Positions 8,938-18,551 of a stretch of 32,000 nt of DNA are shown here, one piece after another (the stretch's first letter is position 1; the number at the start of each line of letters is the position of its first letter). The notes under the pieces are model-generated. The model was not told the DNA's origin. It was given only the letters and a program-made list of their open reading frames with translations, and searched no databases. Source of the DNA: Halalkalibacterium halodurans (lineage in GTDB: Bacteria > Bacillota > Bacilli > Bacillales > Bacillaceae_D); NCBI RefSeq assembly GCF_004376175.1, contig NZ_SNUY01000028.1, positions 12,698 through 44,697 on the forward strand. Reading direction: 5' to 3'. Both the position numbers and the translations under genes were made by a program.

Positions 8938-9849
8938 TTATGATTTCGCCGCTGCCTTGCGCGCTTCCTCACGCACTTGTGCTTCATTCACTTGCTCATC
9001 GGCATGGTAAGAAGAGCGTACGAGCGGACCCGCTTCACAATGACTAAATCCTTTGCTTAACGCAATTTCCTTCAACTCAGCGAATTCGTCTGGATGGTAA
9101 TATTTCTGCACCTTCAAATGCTTTTTCGTCGGCTGTAAATATTGACCGATTGTCATAATATCCACATTGTTCGCACGAAGGTCATCCATCGTCTCAATAA
9201 TCTCGTCCTTCGTTTCCCCAAGGCCAATCATGAGACTTGACTTTGTCGGAATATCAGGTTGCATTTCCTTTGCGCGACGTAAAAATTCTAAGGAGCGCTC
9301 ATAGGTTGCTCTTGCACGAACCCTTGGAGTCAAACGGCGAACCGTTTCAATGTTATGGTTTAAAATGTTCGGTCTTGCGTCCATTAATGTTTTTAAGTTA
9401 TCGTCATTCCCCATCATATCTGATGGAAGCACTTCAATCGTACAAAATGGATTACGACGGCGAACCGCGCGAACGGTTTCCGCGAATACACCTGCTCCAC
9501 CATCCTTCAAATCATCACGAGCCACAGCAGTAATGACGGCGTGCTTTAAGCCCATAATTTCAACCGATTCTGCTACGCGCTCTGGTTCCTGTAGATCAAG
9601 TTCGTTCGGAAGCCCTGTTTTAACAGCGCAGAATCGACATGCGCGCGTGCATACATCCCCAAGAATCATAAAAGTGGCCGTTTTCCGCACAGCCCAGCAC
9701 TCATGAATGTTTGGACATTTCGCTTCTTCACAAACCGTATGTAAATTTTTCTCGCGCATCATTTTTTTCAGGCCTGTATACGTCTCATTCGTATTGAGCT
9801 TTATCTTTAGCCAATCCGGCTTGCGTACATACTCTTCTTTCTTCGCCAT
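8938..9849 (-). CDS. lipA: Lipoyl synthase LipA (radical SAM)
   Basis: [29 protein letters not shown]...[12 protein letters not shown]...[10 protein letters not shown]. Start taken at the MAKKEE Met (9849), matching the B. subtilis N-terminus. Confidence 0.95.
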   Translation of the reverse strand: MAKKEEYVRKPDWLKIKLNTNETYTGLKKMMREKNLHTVCEEAKCPNIHECWAVRKTATFMILGDVCTRACRFCAVKTGLPNELDLQEPERVAESVEIMGLKHAVITAVARDDLKDGGAGVFAETVRAVRRRNPFCTIEVLPSDMMGNDDNLKTLMDARPNILNHNIETVRRLTPRVRARATYERSLEFLRRAKEMQPDIPTKSSLMIGLGETKDEIIETMDDLRANNVDIMTIGQYLQPTKKHLKVQKYYHPDEFAELKEIALSKGFSHCEAGPLVRSSYHADEQVNEAQVREEARKAAAKS

Positions 9850-10181
9850 TATTTCTTCACTCCATCTCCAAGTTTTCGGGCGTGATTGGAAAAACACGGC
9901 TTTTACCCCAAGTCTTCATGGCGGAAGCTCTTGTTTTTCTTTATCCTTTCGTCCTTTACAAAAGCTCAACTTTCTTAAAGTGAAAAAAGACCGCACTTCG
10001 GAAATCAGCCCATGGGATCTCTATATACTGTATCACGAATAGTACAAGAACACCAAATACCCGCACAAATTGCCAGCAATTTACGCCCATCATTCCAGCA
10101 AAATCGTTCCAAACTAGAAAGGACCATGAATTTGACCAATAGAACGGGAATGGTGGAATCTAGAAAGGAGCTTACCGTAGG

Positions 10182-11195
10182 ATGAAAAGAATCGCAATTA
10201 TTTTGCTCACGTTAACGTCAATCCTCTTCGTTCAGCACGCTCCCGAAGGATTGGCAAAGGCATCGAACGAATTGTCCCTCGAGCAAAAATATGAACAACG
10301 GCTTACGCTTTATGAAAAAATGGAGGCTATTACAAATGTGCCCTGGTATTATCTTGCCGCCGTTGACACATATGAACGGGGGTTACGCCGGGCCCAAAAA
10401 GACCGACCTGCTGAAGAAGGTCTTATCGCCATTTATTTCTCACCACAGCAATGGGTCGGCCCGCTAAATCCAGATTTAGAAGATACGAACCCACTCTCAA
10501 TCAGCATGTTTAATGGGGTGGGCTTAGACGGAAATGGTGATGGAGTCGCAGATCGTAACAATGATGAAGACGTGCTATATACCTTTGCTCGCTATTTAGA
10601 ATCATACGGCTTCAAAGAGGAAGACTTTCGCATCGCTCTATGGGAATATTATCAGCGAGAGCAATCGGTAAATATTATTTACGGTCACGCAAATGTGTAC
10701 AAAACGTTTAAAACATTGGATTTAGATGACCATACATTCCCCCTTCCCCTTCATCATAATTACAGCTATCGAAGCACTTGGGGTGATCGGCGGGGCTGGG
10801 GTGGCCGACGTATCCATGAAGGTACCGATATTTTTGCCAACTACAACGTTCCCGTCATGGCAACGGCATATGGAATTGTCGAGATTAAGGGATGGAACAA
10901 ATACGGTGGATGGCGAATTGGAGTTCGTGACTTGGATAACGTCTACCATTATTACGCCCACCTCAGTGGATTCGAAAAAGGGGTGGAAAAAGGAACAGTG
11001 GTTGCTCCTGGGGATGTTATAGGATATGTCGGAAGCTCTGGCTATGGAAAACCAGGTACTCAAGGCAAGTTCCCGCCACATTTGCACTACGGCATGTACC
11101 GAGACAACGGATATACTGAATGGTCCTTTGACCCTTATCCTTCCTTAAAGAGTTGGGAACGGAAGGCGTATCAGGAACGAAAAAAGAAGAAATAA
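10182..11195 (+). CDS. lytH: LytH/YunA-like sporulation M23 peptidase
   Basis: Signal peptide; C-terminal M23 motifs HEGTDIFA ... YYAHLS ... PPHLHYGM. Confidence 0.85.
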   Translation: MKRIAIILLTLTSILFVQHAPEGLAKASNELSLEQKYEQRLTLYEKMEAITNVPWYYLAAVDTYERGLRRAQKDRPAEEGLIAIYFSPQQWVGPLNPDLEDTNPLSISMFNGVGLDGNGDGVADRNNDEDVLYTFARYLESYGFKEEDFRIALWEYYQREQSVNIIYGHANVYKTFKTLDLDDHTFPLPLHHNYSYRSTWGDRRGWGGRRIHEGTDIFANYNVPVMATAYGIVEIKGWNKYGGWRIGVRDLDNVYHYYAHLSGFEKGVEKGTVVAPGDVIGYVGSSGYGKPGTQGKFPPHLHYGMYRDNGYTEWSFDPYPSLKSWERKAYQERKKKK

Positions 11196-11339
11196 GCGCC
11201 GGTTTAAAAACATAGGGAGATTGGACTGAAGCAACGAAGAGAAAGGAATACGATGAGCTCGCGAAAGCCGACTTTGCTTTTCTTTATTATATTGACAAAG
11301 GAGCTGCCTCAAAAGATAGATTTTTGAAGCAGCTCCTTT

Positions 11340-11575
11340 GCTTATTTGTTCGAAATGGCGACTTGGCGGACGCTTTCACCACAGGCACAAGTGCAACATC
11401 GACTCACGCACACTTTGTTTGCATTCGTCGTGTTTTCTTTGCCGCGGGCAACGCTCCAGCTTCCTCGAGAACCCCACTCTCGGCGATCTTCCGCTGTTGC
11501 TTTTCCCGCAGGAGTCGCCGCCTGTCGCTCGTTCGACTCCCATTAACGCGCGAAAGAACATATAAAATAAGTCGC
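11340..11575. repeat. GC-rich dispersed intergenic repeat (copy A)
   Basis: Shares the core CnGCTnTTGCTTTTCCCGCAGGnGTC (11491..11516) with 22811..22836, and a partial core CGCAGGCGTC with 18431..18440. Short ORFs are open in several frames on both strands (track ORFs 11324-11587), a pseudo-ORF signature. Confidence 0.5.
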
Positions 11576-11588
11576 CCGATCGTTTAAA

Positions 11589-12255
11589 ATGAAGGTACCT
11601 CTACCAAAATTCAAACGAAAGAAGGCGATTTTTTTGCGTAACCAAACGGCTACTTATCAGCAACATACCATGATCAACTCGTGCTTCCTGTGGATTTTTC
11701 CGATCACATTCAAGAGAACCATATGGCACGTGTGGTAAATGACATGGTCGAACCGTTGGATGATCAGCTATTGGACGAGGTGTACAATGGGGGCGGTCGT
11801 CCTGCATATCACCCGAAAATGATGACGAAAATCCAATTGTATGAGTACAGCAAAGTAGTTTTCGTGTCGTGCGATCGCCAAGGGTTTGACTGAACATCTT
11901 TCGATAATGTGGCTCGCCGCCAGACAGACACCCGACTTCCGGACGATTAATCATTTCGCTCGGAGCAATTGAAACCGTTGATTAACACATTGTTTTCGGG
12001 ATTGACGCATCTTTTGATCACGGAAGGCTACGTCGATGGATCATCGTACTTTCTGGATGGGACGAAAATCGAAGCGAACGCCAATAAGGATACATTCGTT
12101 TGGAAAAAGAGTTCCAAAAGTATGAAGAGAAAAAAAAGCGTATCTCCAGTGAAACGTTTCAAGCCGGCGTCAGATCCGTGGAACAGGAACTCACCAAAAG
12201 AGACGAACAGATCGACAGACCAGAAGGAACCAACTAAAACACATCAACACAAAAA
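11589..12255 (+). mobile_element. IS1182-family transposase gene remnant (multiple frameshifts, 3' truncated)
   Basis: Pieces in three frames: MKVPLPKFKRKKAIF / ...YHDQLVLPVDFSDHIQENHMARVVNDMVEPLD...GGRPAYHPKMMTKIQLYEY / ...MWLAARQTPDFRTINHF / ...YFLDGTKIEANANKDTFVWKKS. First frameshift is in a T7 run (11630..11636). No DDE C-terminal half. Confidence 0.7.
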
Positions 12256-12284
12256 TTAGGAGAACCGCATCAAACGGTTCTCCC
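12250..12284 (-). terminator. Intrinsic terminator of the NSS transporter operon
   Basis: Minus strand: GGAGAACCG-TTTGATG-CGGTTCTCC followed by TAATTTTTGTG. Confidence 0.65.
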
Positions 12285-12338
12285 GATTTTATGTTTTAAG
12301 GTGCTTTTGGAACAGCCCTTTGTTGCTAAAAACGTCTG

Positions 12339-12443
12339 TTATTTTGCCCGTGATGCTTTTCTTGCATGTAAAATGCTAAGGGCCAATCCTCCCCAAATGA
12401 TGACCATACCGGTAATCATCATAATAATGGCGCTCACACTCAT
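12339..12443 (-). CDS. MetS-like small subunit (34 aa, one TM) of an NSS-family amino-acid importer
   Basis: MSVSAIIMMITGMVIIWGGLALSILHARKASRAK. Its ATG overlaps the transporter TGA (ATGA at 12440..12443). Below the length cutoff of the ORF track. Confidence 0.7.
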   Translation of the reverse strand: MSVSAIIMMITGMVIIWGGLALSILHARKASRAK

Positions 12444-13957
12444 GAAAAATCAGCTCCTTTTTCTTGATCTTCAGATGGAACCTCCAGATCACCAGCTTTC
12501 CATTTCGTTAATGAAAGGATGAAGCCGACAATGATCGCGCCTACCGCTACACCCCAACCACTATAAAGGAGGAAGCTCGTCGGATAACCTTCATAATTTT
12601 CGCTAATGGAATTAATGATGTTTTGCACCGCCATATAGCCAAGCACGATCGGTGTGATGACCCCTAAGCAAACCTTCCACCATGTACCTGTGCGAAGATC
12701 AGACACTTCGTTTCCGTGCTTTTGTAGCGGATTAAGCTGCTTGAAGAACCACGAAACAGCAACAACCGATACAAGACCTGCTAACGCCACACCAAAGCTG
12801 TTAATGAAGTGATCTGCAGCATCAAGTAGGAAAAGTCCACCTTGTGTCGCAAAGAGAAGGGAGATTAGCGCGGACAACCCTCCACCAAAAAGAACCGCCT
12901 TTGTCCGTGAAATCTTAAATTTATCTTGCAGCGCCGATACAAACGTTTCAACAATCGAAATTAGCGATGATAACCCGGCAAAGACTAGTGATGCAAAGAA
13001 CAAAAATCCGAAAAGTCCATTTAGTCCAGGCAAGGAGTTAATGATTTGCGGGAAGACCACAAAGGCTAGCCCGATCCCTCCTGCGGCTACTTCTCCAACA
13101 GTCGTCCCTGCTTGAGTGGCCATAAATCCTAACACGGCAAAAACCCCAATACCTGCTAACAATTCAAACCCAGAGTTACTAAAACCAGCAATGAACGCGT
13201 TGTTGTTGACGTCAGCCTTTCGTGGTAAATAGCTGGAGTACGTAATCATAATCGCAAAGGCGATCGACAAGCTAAAGAAAATTTGCCCGTATGCTGCGAC
13301 CCACACCCCAGGTGAGAGAATTTCTGACCAATCTGGTTTGAAGAAAGCGTCTAATCCGATAGCGGCTCCTTCAAGGGTAACTGCACGAATGACGATAATT
13401 AAAAACATAATGACCAATGTTGGAATAAAAATCCGGTTAGCCAGCTCGATCCCTTTCTTAACCCCGGCAAATAATACACCTAATGCAACAATCCAGACTA
13501 ATACTAACGGGATGAAGACGCCCGGTACTAACGATCCGATCTGTCCTGGATCAACGTCGAGCTTCAAATACTCACCAAACAAAAATCCACCTGTATCCTC
13601 GCCCCAGCTTAAGTTGATGGCAAAGACAGAATAGGACATTGCCCAAGCGATAATGACGGCATAATATGTGGCAATGACAAAGGAAATCGCGACTTGCCAC
13701 CACCCGATCCATTCTGCTTTTTTGTTCATGCGCGCATATGATAATGGCGCTGAACCGCGGTATTTTTGTCCAATCGTAAACTCCATGATTAGTAATGGAA
13801 TCCCTGCTGTTAACAATGCAAATAAATAAGGTATGAAAAATGCCCCACCGCCGTTTTCATAGGCAACATAAGGAAAGCGCCAAATGTTTCCTAATCCGAC
13901 AGCGGATCCAACAGCAGCCAAGATAAACCCGGCTCTTGTTCCCCATTGTTCTCTCAT
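12440..13957 (-). CDS. Sodium-dependent NSS/SNF-family transporter (MetP-like)
   Basis: MREQWGTRAGFILAAVGSAVGLGNIWRFPYVAYENGGGAFFIPY..., the canonical NSS N-terminal signature; about 12 TM segments. Confidence 0.9.
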   Translation of the reverse strand: MREQWGTRAGFILAAVGSAVGLGNIWRFPYVAYENGGGAFFIPYLFALLTAGIPLLIMEFTIGQKYRGSAPLSYARMNKKAEWIGWWQVAISFVIATYYAVIIAWAMSYSVFAINLSWGEDTGGFLFGEYLKLDVDPGQIGSLVPGVFIPLVLVWIVALGVLFAGVKKGIELANRIFIPTLVIMFLIIVIRAVTLEGAAIGLDAFFKPDWSEILSPGVWVAAYGQIFFSLSIAFAIMITYSSYLPRKADVNNNAFIAGFSNSGFELLAGIGVFAVLGFMATQAGTTVGEVAAGGIGLAFVVFPQIINSLPGLNGLFGFLFFASLVFAGLSSLISIVETFVSALQDKFKISRTKAVLFGGGLSALISLLFATQGGLFLLDAADHFINSFGVALAGLVSVVAVSWFFKQLNPLQKHGNEVSDLRTGTWWKVCLGVITPIVLGYMAVQNIINSISENYEGYPTSFLLYSGWGVAVGAIIVGFILSLTKWKAGDLEVPSEDQEKGADFS

Positions 13958-14150
13958 TTTCTTTACTCCTTTCGTAACAGAAATATTATTCTTTCAAAAA
14001 TAAGTATATTCAGAAAATTCAACCGTTAGTATATGCTAGGATAATTTTCTTCTGCCCTTACAAGTTAGATCCCTTTGTAGCAGAGCCTTTAAATTATCCA
14101 GAGCTTGTCCTTTCTCACCCCTTCTTTGTTCTTGATTGACGGGCTATCTT

Positions 14151-14180
14151 ATTATAATGTCTAAAAAGATCAGTTGTAAA
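14151..14180 (-). promoter_or_regulatory. Candidate sigmaA promoter for the NSS operon
   Basis: Minus strand TTTACA (14180..14175), 18 nt spacer, TATAAT (14156..14151); leaves a leader of about 185 nt. Confidence 0.4.
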
Positions 14181-14324
14181 GGTATTTTTCGAAAATTTAT
14201 ATATATCCAAATAGTTTGTTTGTCCTAATCATCCGGTATTAATCATCCAATTTTGATGGCATTATGGGGTAAAAGTTGATAACAGAGGGCCTCGACACAG
14301 TCACTACTCTTCCTTGAAACAATA

Positions 14325-14366
14325 AAAGTTAAAGAAGCTCTTATCGCACATAACGACAAGAGCTTT
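14325..14366 (-). terminator. Terminator after the ABC permease gene
   Basis: Minus strand AAGCTCTT-15 nt-AAGAGCTT followed by CTTTAACTTTTATT. Confidence 0.5.
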
Positions 14367-14373
14367 GTTTACG

Positions 14374-15540
14374 TCATTTTGCTTTGTTTCGATTATAAAT
14401 GTCAAAACCGACCGCAGCTAGCAGAACGAGTCCTTTAATGGCTTGTTGCCAGTCTATACTAACCCCAAGTAATGACATTCCGTTGTTCATAACCCCCATT
14501 ACGAGCCCCCCAACAACAGCACCGACAATCGTCCCGACTCCTCCGGCCATTGAAGCTCCACCGATAAAAGCAGCAGCAATCGCATCAAGCTCAAACATCG
14601 TACCGGCTCTCGGGGTTGCTGAGTTTAGGCGGGCGGCGTAAATTAATCCTGCCATGGCCGATAAAAAACCCATGTTAACAAAAACCCAAAACGTCACTCG
14701 CTTCGTCTTGACACCGGATAACTCTGCGGCTTTTTGATTTCCTCCTGTTGCATAAATGTGGCGTCCGATCACCGTTTTATTCATGACAAACGAAAAGAGA
14801 ACAATAAGCACAAAAAGAATCACAAGAATATTTGGAATCCCTCTATAAGAAGCTAAGACAAACGTAAAAATGTTAATAATCGCTACCATTCCGATCAATT
14901 TTGCGATAAAAAACCCTTTGGGAAGTACCATAAATTGATTGTTTATCTGGACTCGTCGTTCTTTAAGCTCGCTAAAGATAACAAACAGAGAAAGCACCAC
15001 ACCGATCAACATCGTTAATGTATGATAAGAGGCCAATCCTAAAAAAGGGATATCAGGTAGGAATCCTGAACTAATCAAGATAAATTCAGGTGGATAGGGG
15101 GACTTTGATTGACCGCCTAACACGACCATCGTCAGCCCTCTAAATAGAAGCATGCCGGCCAATGTGACGATAAAAGACGGCATTTTTAAGTAAGCAATAA
15201 AAAATCCGTGCCATGCACCGATAAGAGCACCCAGCAATAAGCAGATTAGTACAGCAAGAGCTGTAGGAAGCTGCATATCAATCATTAAAATGGCCGCAAT
15301 TGCCCCAACAAAAGCACAGACGGAACCAACGGACAAATCGATATGCCCCGCAATAATCACCATCACCATACCGATCGCAAGAACTAAAATATAACTGTTT
15401 TGCAAAATTAAATTTGTTACATTTAGTGGGCGTAACAAAATTCCGTCGGACAACACGCTGAATAACAAAATGATAAACATAAGCGCGACGATCATCCCAT
15501 AGGAACGCATATTATTTTTTAAAAGTTCAGCTAACTTCAT
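14374..15540 (-). CDS. CUT2-family sugar ABC transporter permease (GguB/XylH-like)
   Basis: About 10 TM segments, typical of branched monosaccharide permeases. Start taken at MKLAELL (AGGAGGA SD 8 nt upstream). Confidence 0.9.
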   Translation of the reverse strand: MKLAELLKNNMRSYGMIVALMFIILLFSVLSDGILLRPLNVTNLILQNSYILVLAIGMVMVIIAGHIDLSVGSVCAFVGAIAAILMIDMQLPTALAVLICLLLGALIGAWHGFFIAYLKMPSFIVTLAGMLLFRGLTMVVLGGQSKSPYPPEFILISSGFLPDIPFLGLASYHTLTMLIGVVLSLFVIFSELKERRVQINNQFMVLPKGFFIAKLIGMVAIINIFTFVLASYRGIPNILVILFVLIVLFSFVMNKTVIGRHIYATGGNQKAAELSGVKTKRVTFWVFVNMGFLSAMAGLIYAARLNSATPRAGTMFELDAIAAAFIGGASMAGGVGTIVGAVVGGLVMGVMNNGMSLLGVSIDWQQAIKGLVLLAAVGFDIYNRNKAK

Positions 15541-17080
15541 GCCCATTTCCTCCTGTCCTCGTCATGTACTTCATTAAGATCTCTTGATTGGCCTCTTCTC
15601 GAGTAACCTCCCCAGTTATTCGACCTTCACATAGTGCGTAAATCCGATCGCTTAAACCGAGTAGCTCCGGAAGCTCTGAAGAAATAACCAGAACGGCTTT
15701 GCCTTGGGCAGCCAACTCATGAATGACACTATAAATCTCGTATTTCGCCCCTACATCGATTCCCCGAGTGGGCTCATCCAATATCAAAATGTCAGGCCCT
15801 GATAAGATCCATTTACTTAAAACGACCTTTTGTTGGTTGCCACCACTTAAATTTCCCGTTTTCTGGTCAATGCTAGGGGTACGGATGTTCATTTTTTTTC
15901 GGAAGTCCTCAGCTTCTTTTACTTCTCGTGTTTTATCAACGACACCGTTTTTTGATAGCTTCTCTAAGCTCGTTAAGGAAATATTGTGTTTAATATCATC
16001 GATTAAAATCAATCCATAGGTTTTACGATCCTCGGTTACATAGGCGAGACCGTGATCAATGGCATCCTTTACTGAATGGACCGTTATTTCTTTTCCATCC
16101 TTTATCAGCTGACCGCGAATGTTCTTTCCATAAGATTTACCAAAGATGCTCATCGCTAGCTCGGTCCTTCCAGCCCCCATTAAACCTGCAACCCCAACAA
16201 TTTCCCCTCGTTTCAAGTAAAGGTTAACATCTTTGATTAGCGACCGATCTGGATGGAGCGGGTCGTCCACGTGCCAATGGTTCACTTCGAAAATCACGTC
16301 GCCAATCTTTGGCTCCCGCGGCGGAAACCGGTTCTCGAGGTCTCGTCCGACCATTCCTTTAATGATCCGATCCTCTGTTACTTCTCCGCTCTGTAGCGAC
16401 AGTGTTTCAATCGATTGACCGTCTCTCAAAATCGTTAAATGATCTGCCACATACAATATTTCATTTAACTTATGAGAAATGATGATCGACGTCATTCCTT
16501 GCTTCTTAAACTCCAGCAGCAAATGTAATAAATTTTGACTATCTTCTTCATTCAAGGCGGCGGTCGGTTCATCAAGAATGAGTAGCTTCACTTTCTTAGA
16601 CAATGCTTTAGCAATTTCCACAAGCTGTTGCTTACCGACCCCGATGTTCATTGCTAACGTTCTCGGCGAATCAGATAATCCGACTTTTTTTAGCAGTTTC
16701 GCTGCCTCAGTAATCGTTTGATTCCAGTCAATCACTCCATTCTTCGCTAGTTCATTCCCTAAAAAAATATTTTCTGCGATCGATAATTCGGGAACTAAGG
16801 CTAGCTCCTGGTGAATAATAACGATTCCGAGCTGTTCGCTTTCTTTAATATCCTTAAATTGACAAACTCTACCTTCAAATAAAATATCGCCCTCGTACGT
16901 CCCATGGGGATAAACACCGCTAAGTACTTTCATTAACGTAGACTTTCCCGCTCCGTTTTCACCTACTAATGCATGAATCTCCCCTTGTTCGACTTTCAGA
17001 TTAACGTTATTTAGTGCCTTCACACCAGGAAAGGCTTTCGTTATGTTCCGCATTTCCAACAAACAATTAGGCATGTTCAT
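15527..17080 (-). CDS. CUT2-family sugar ABC transporter ATPase with duplicated ABC domains (GguA/MglA-like)
   Basis: Two Walker A sites ([17 protein letters not shown]), LSGGNQQK signature, about 517 aa. Its stop overlaps the permease start. Confidence 0.9.
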   Translation of the reverse strand: MNMPNCLLEMRNITKAFPGVKALNNVNLKVEQGEIHALVGENGAGKSTLMKVLSGVYPHGTYEGDILFEGRVCQFKDIKESEQLGIVIIHQELALVPELSIAENIFLGNELAKNGVIDWNQTITEAAKLLKKVGLSDSPRTLAMNIGVGKQQLVEIAKALSKKVKLLILDEPTAALNEEDSQNLLHLLLEFKKQGMTSIIISHKLNEILYVADHLTILRDGQSIETLSLQSGEVTEDRIIKGMVGRDLENRFPPREPKIGDVIFEVNHWHVDDPLHPDRSLIKDVNLYLKRGEIVGVAGLMGAGRTELAMSIFGKSYGKNIRGQLIKDGKEITVHSVKDAIDHGLAYVTEDRKTYGLILIDDIKHNISLTSLEKLSKNGVVDKTREVKEAEDFRKKMNIRTPSIDQKTGNLSGGNQQKVVLSKWILSGPDILILDEPTRGIDVGAKYEIYSVIHELAAQGKAVLVISSELPELLGLSDRIYALCEGRITGEVTREEANQEILMKYMTRTGGNGHEVS

Positions 17081-17174
17081 CACCTACTTCCTTGGCTGTT
17101 TTCATATCACAGATCGTGAAACAACGATTTAGTGATAGACTTAACTACCACTAAATCGCTCCGATCTTCACTCT

Positions 17175-18254
17175 TCACTCTTCAAAATCACTCTCATCAT
17201 AGTACCCGCTGCCGACTAACACTTCTTTGTAGTTGTTAATGTCAACTGAAATAGGTTCTAGCAGATACGATGGTACAACTTTTATCCCGTTTTCGTAGGT
17301 TTCCGTATCATTCACCTCAGGCTCTTCCCCTTTTAATACAGCATCCACCATCTCTACCGCTTTTCCTGCCAGCTCACGTGTATCTTTAAAAATCGTCTGT
17401 GTTTGCTCCCCTGCAATAATGGAAGCAATCGATGGACGTTCCGCATCCTGACCTGTAACGACTGGCATTGGCAAATCTCCTGAGCCATAACCGACTCCTT
17501 TTAACGAGGAAATAATGCCTATGCTAATACCGTCGTATGGAGATAAAACAGCATCTAATGTTTTGTCTGTATAGAAGCCGCTTAGTAAATTATCCATACG
17601 CTCTTGGGCGAGAGATCCGTCCCATCTTAAAGTGGCCACTTGTTGAAAATCGGTCTGCCCACTTTGGACAACGAGCTGTCCGTTGTCAATGTACGGCTGG
17701 AGTACAGACATGGCACCATCAAAGAAGAAATACGCGTTGTTATCATCAGGTGAACCGGCAAACAACTCAATGTTAAACGGACCTTCTCCTTCATCAAGAC
17801 CTAGATACCCTTCAATGTACTCCCCTTTTAAAACGCCTACTTGGTAATTATCAAACGTAGCATAGTAACTTACATGCTCACTATTACGAATCAAGCGGTC
17901 GTACGAGATGACGGGAATTTCCATAGAATGAGCTAACTCAAGCACCTCGGTTAATGATTCTCCATCGATTGCAGCAATGACGAGAGCATCTACACCCCTT
18001 GTGATCATATTTTCAATTTGATCGATCTGATTTTCGATCACATCTTCCCCGTACTGCAAGTTGGTTTCGTACCCTAACGCTTCAAATTGCTCTACCATGT
18101 TGTTTCCATCAGCAATCCATCGTTCTGAAGACTGTGTAGGCATAGATATCCCAACGGTTCCACTACCGTCTCCACTAGCTCCTTCACCGCCACACGCCGT
18201 GAGTACTAATACAGTAAGGTAAAGAATGGAGCCCCATAGCCATTTCTTCTTCAT
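17175..18254 (-). CDS. Sugar-binding lipoprotein of the ABC importer (ChvE/AraE-like)
   Basis: Lipobox LTAC; type I periplasmic-binding fold ([12 protein letters not shown]...[10 protein letters not shown]...VISYDRLI). Confidence 0.9.
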   Translation of the reverse strand: MKKKWLWGSILYLTVLVLTACGGEGASGDGSGTVGISMPTQSSERWIADGNNMVEQFEALGYETNLQYGEDVIENQIDQIENMITRGVDALVIAAIDGESLTEVLELAHSMEIPVISYDRLIRNSEHVSYYATFDNYQVGVLKGEYIEGYLGLDEGEGPFNIELFAGSPDDNNAYFFFDGAMSVLQPYIDNGQLVVQSGQTDFQQVATLRWDGSLAQERMDNLLSGFYTDKTLDAVLSPYDGISIGIISSLKGVGYGSGDLPMPVVTGQDAERPSIASIIAGEQTQTIFKDTRELAGKAVEMVDAVLKGEEPEVNDTETYENGIKVVPSYLLEPISVDINNYKEVLVGSGYYDESDFEE

Positions 18255-18303
18255 GTACGTTTCCCCCTTAGAAATTGGAATCTTTCGTATATGGTCATTC
18301 TAA

Positions 18304-18318
18304 TGAAAGCGCTGTCAT
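18304..18318 (-). promoter_or_regulatory. Candidate CcpA cre site upstream of the ABC operon
   Basis: Minus strand ATGACAGCGCTTTCA against cre consensus WTGNAANCGNWNNCW (one mismatch); centred about 56 nt upstream of the ATG at 18254. Confidence 0.5.
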
Positions 18319-18405
18319 AAATCTTTGCAATATTTTTTAAATTTTTATAACTTCTTTAACTTATCGTTCCTGTGAATGGGACAAAATACAGTTCATAATG
18401 GGGGT

Positions 18406-18507
18406 GATTGTTCAAAATACACTCGCTTGTCGCAGGCGTCTCGTTATGCGTATACAACAAAAAAAGGTTCGGATCCTTTTGTTTTGAAAGTCCGAACCTT
18501 TTTTTAT
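18406..18507 (-). repeat. Repeat copy C: terminator cassette plus tail plus 20-nt box
   Basis: Hairpin AAAAAAAGGTTCGGA...TCCGAACCTTTTTTT (18459..18507) terminates the YesN-like gene. The tail GTTGTATACGCATAACGAGACGCCTGCG and the box CGAGTGTATTTTGAACAATC (18425..18406, minus orientation) match 22757..22887. Confidence 0.7.
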
Positions 18508-18551
18508 AGTTGTCCCAGCCGCTCTTGAAACAGTTATATTACTGCTAAAGC

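Noticed and set aside
9850-10181. Search for a sigmaK/sigmaE-type promoter for lytH and a lipA leader element
   Set aside because: No convincing AC-N16-17-CATA---TA or other sporulation sigma match was found by eye.
11528-11545. GTTCGACTCCC, reminiscent of a tRNA T-arm
   Set aside because: The flanking bases cannot form T-stem, acceptor, anticodon or D arms, so it is not a tRNA gene or an obvious tRNA fragment.
11324-11587. Four overlapping 61-87 aa ORFs in different frames and strands
   Set aside because: They all lie inside the GC-rich dispersed repeat. Being open in several frames at once is a compositional effect. No SDs.
13958-14150. Long leader of the NSS operon examined for S-box, T-box and glycine riboswitch motifs
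   Set aside because: None of the conserved blocks (e.g. the T-box AGGGTGGTACCGCG, the S-box GGCAACC context, the glycine CTCTGGAGAG...CACCGAAGGGGCAA) are present, and there is no leader terminator.
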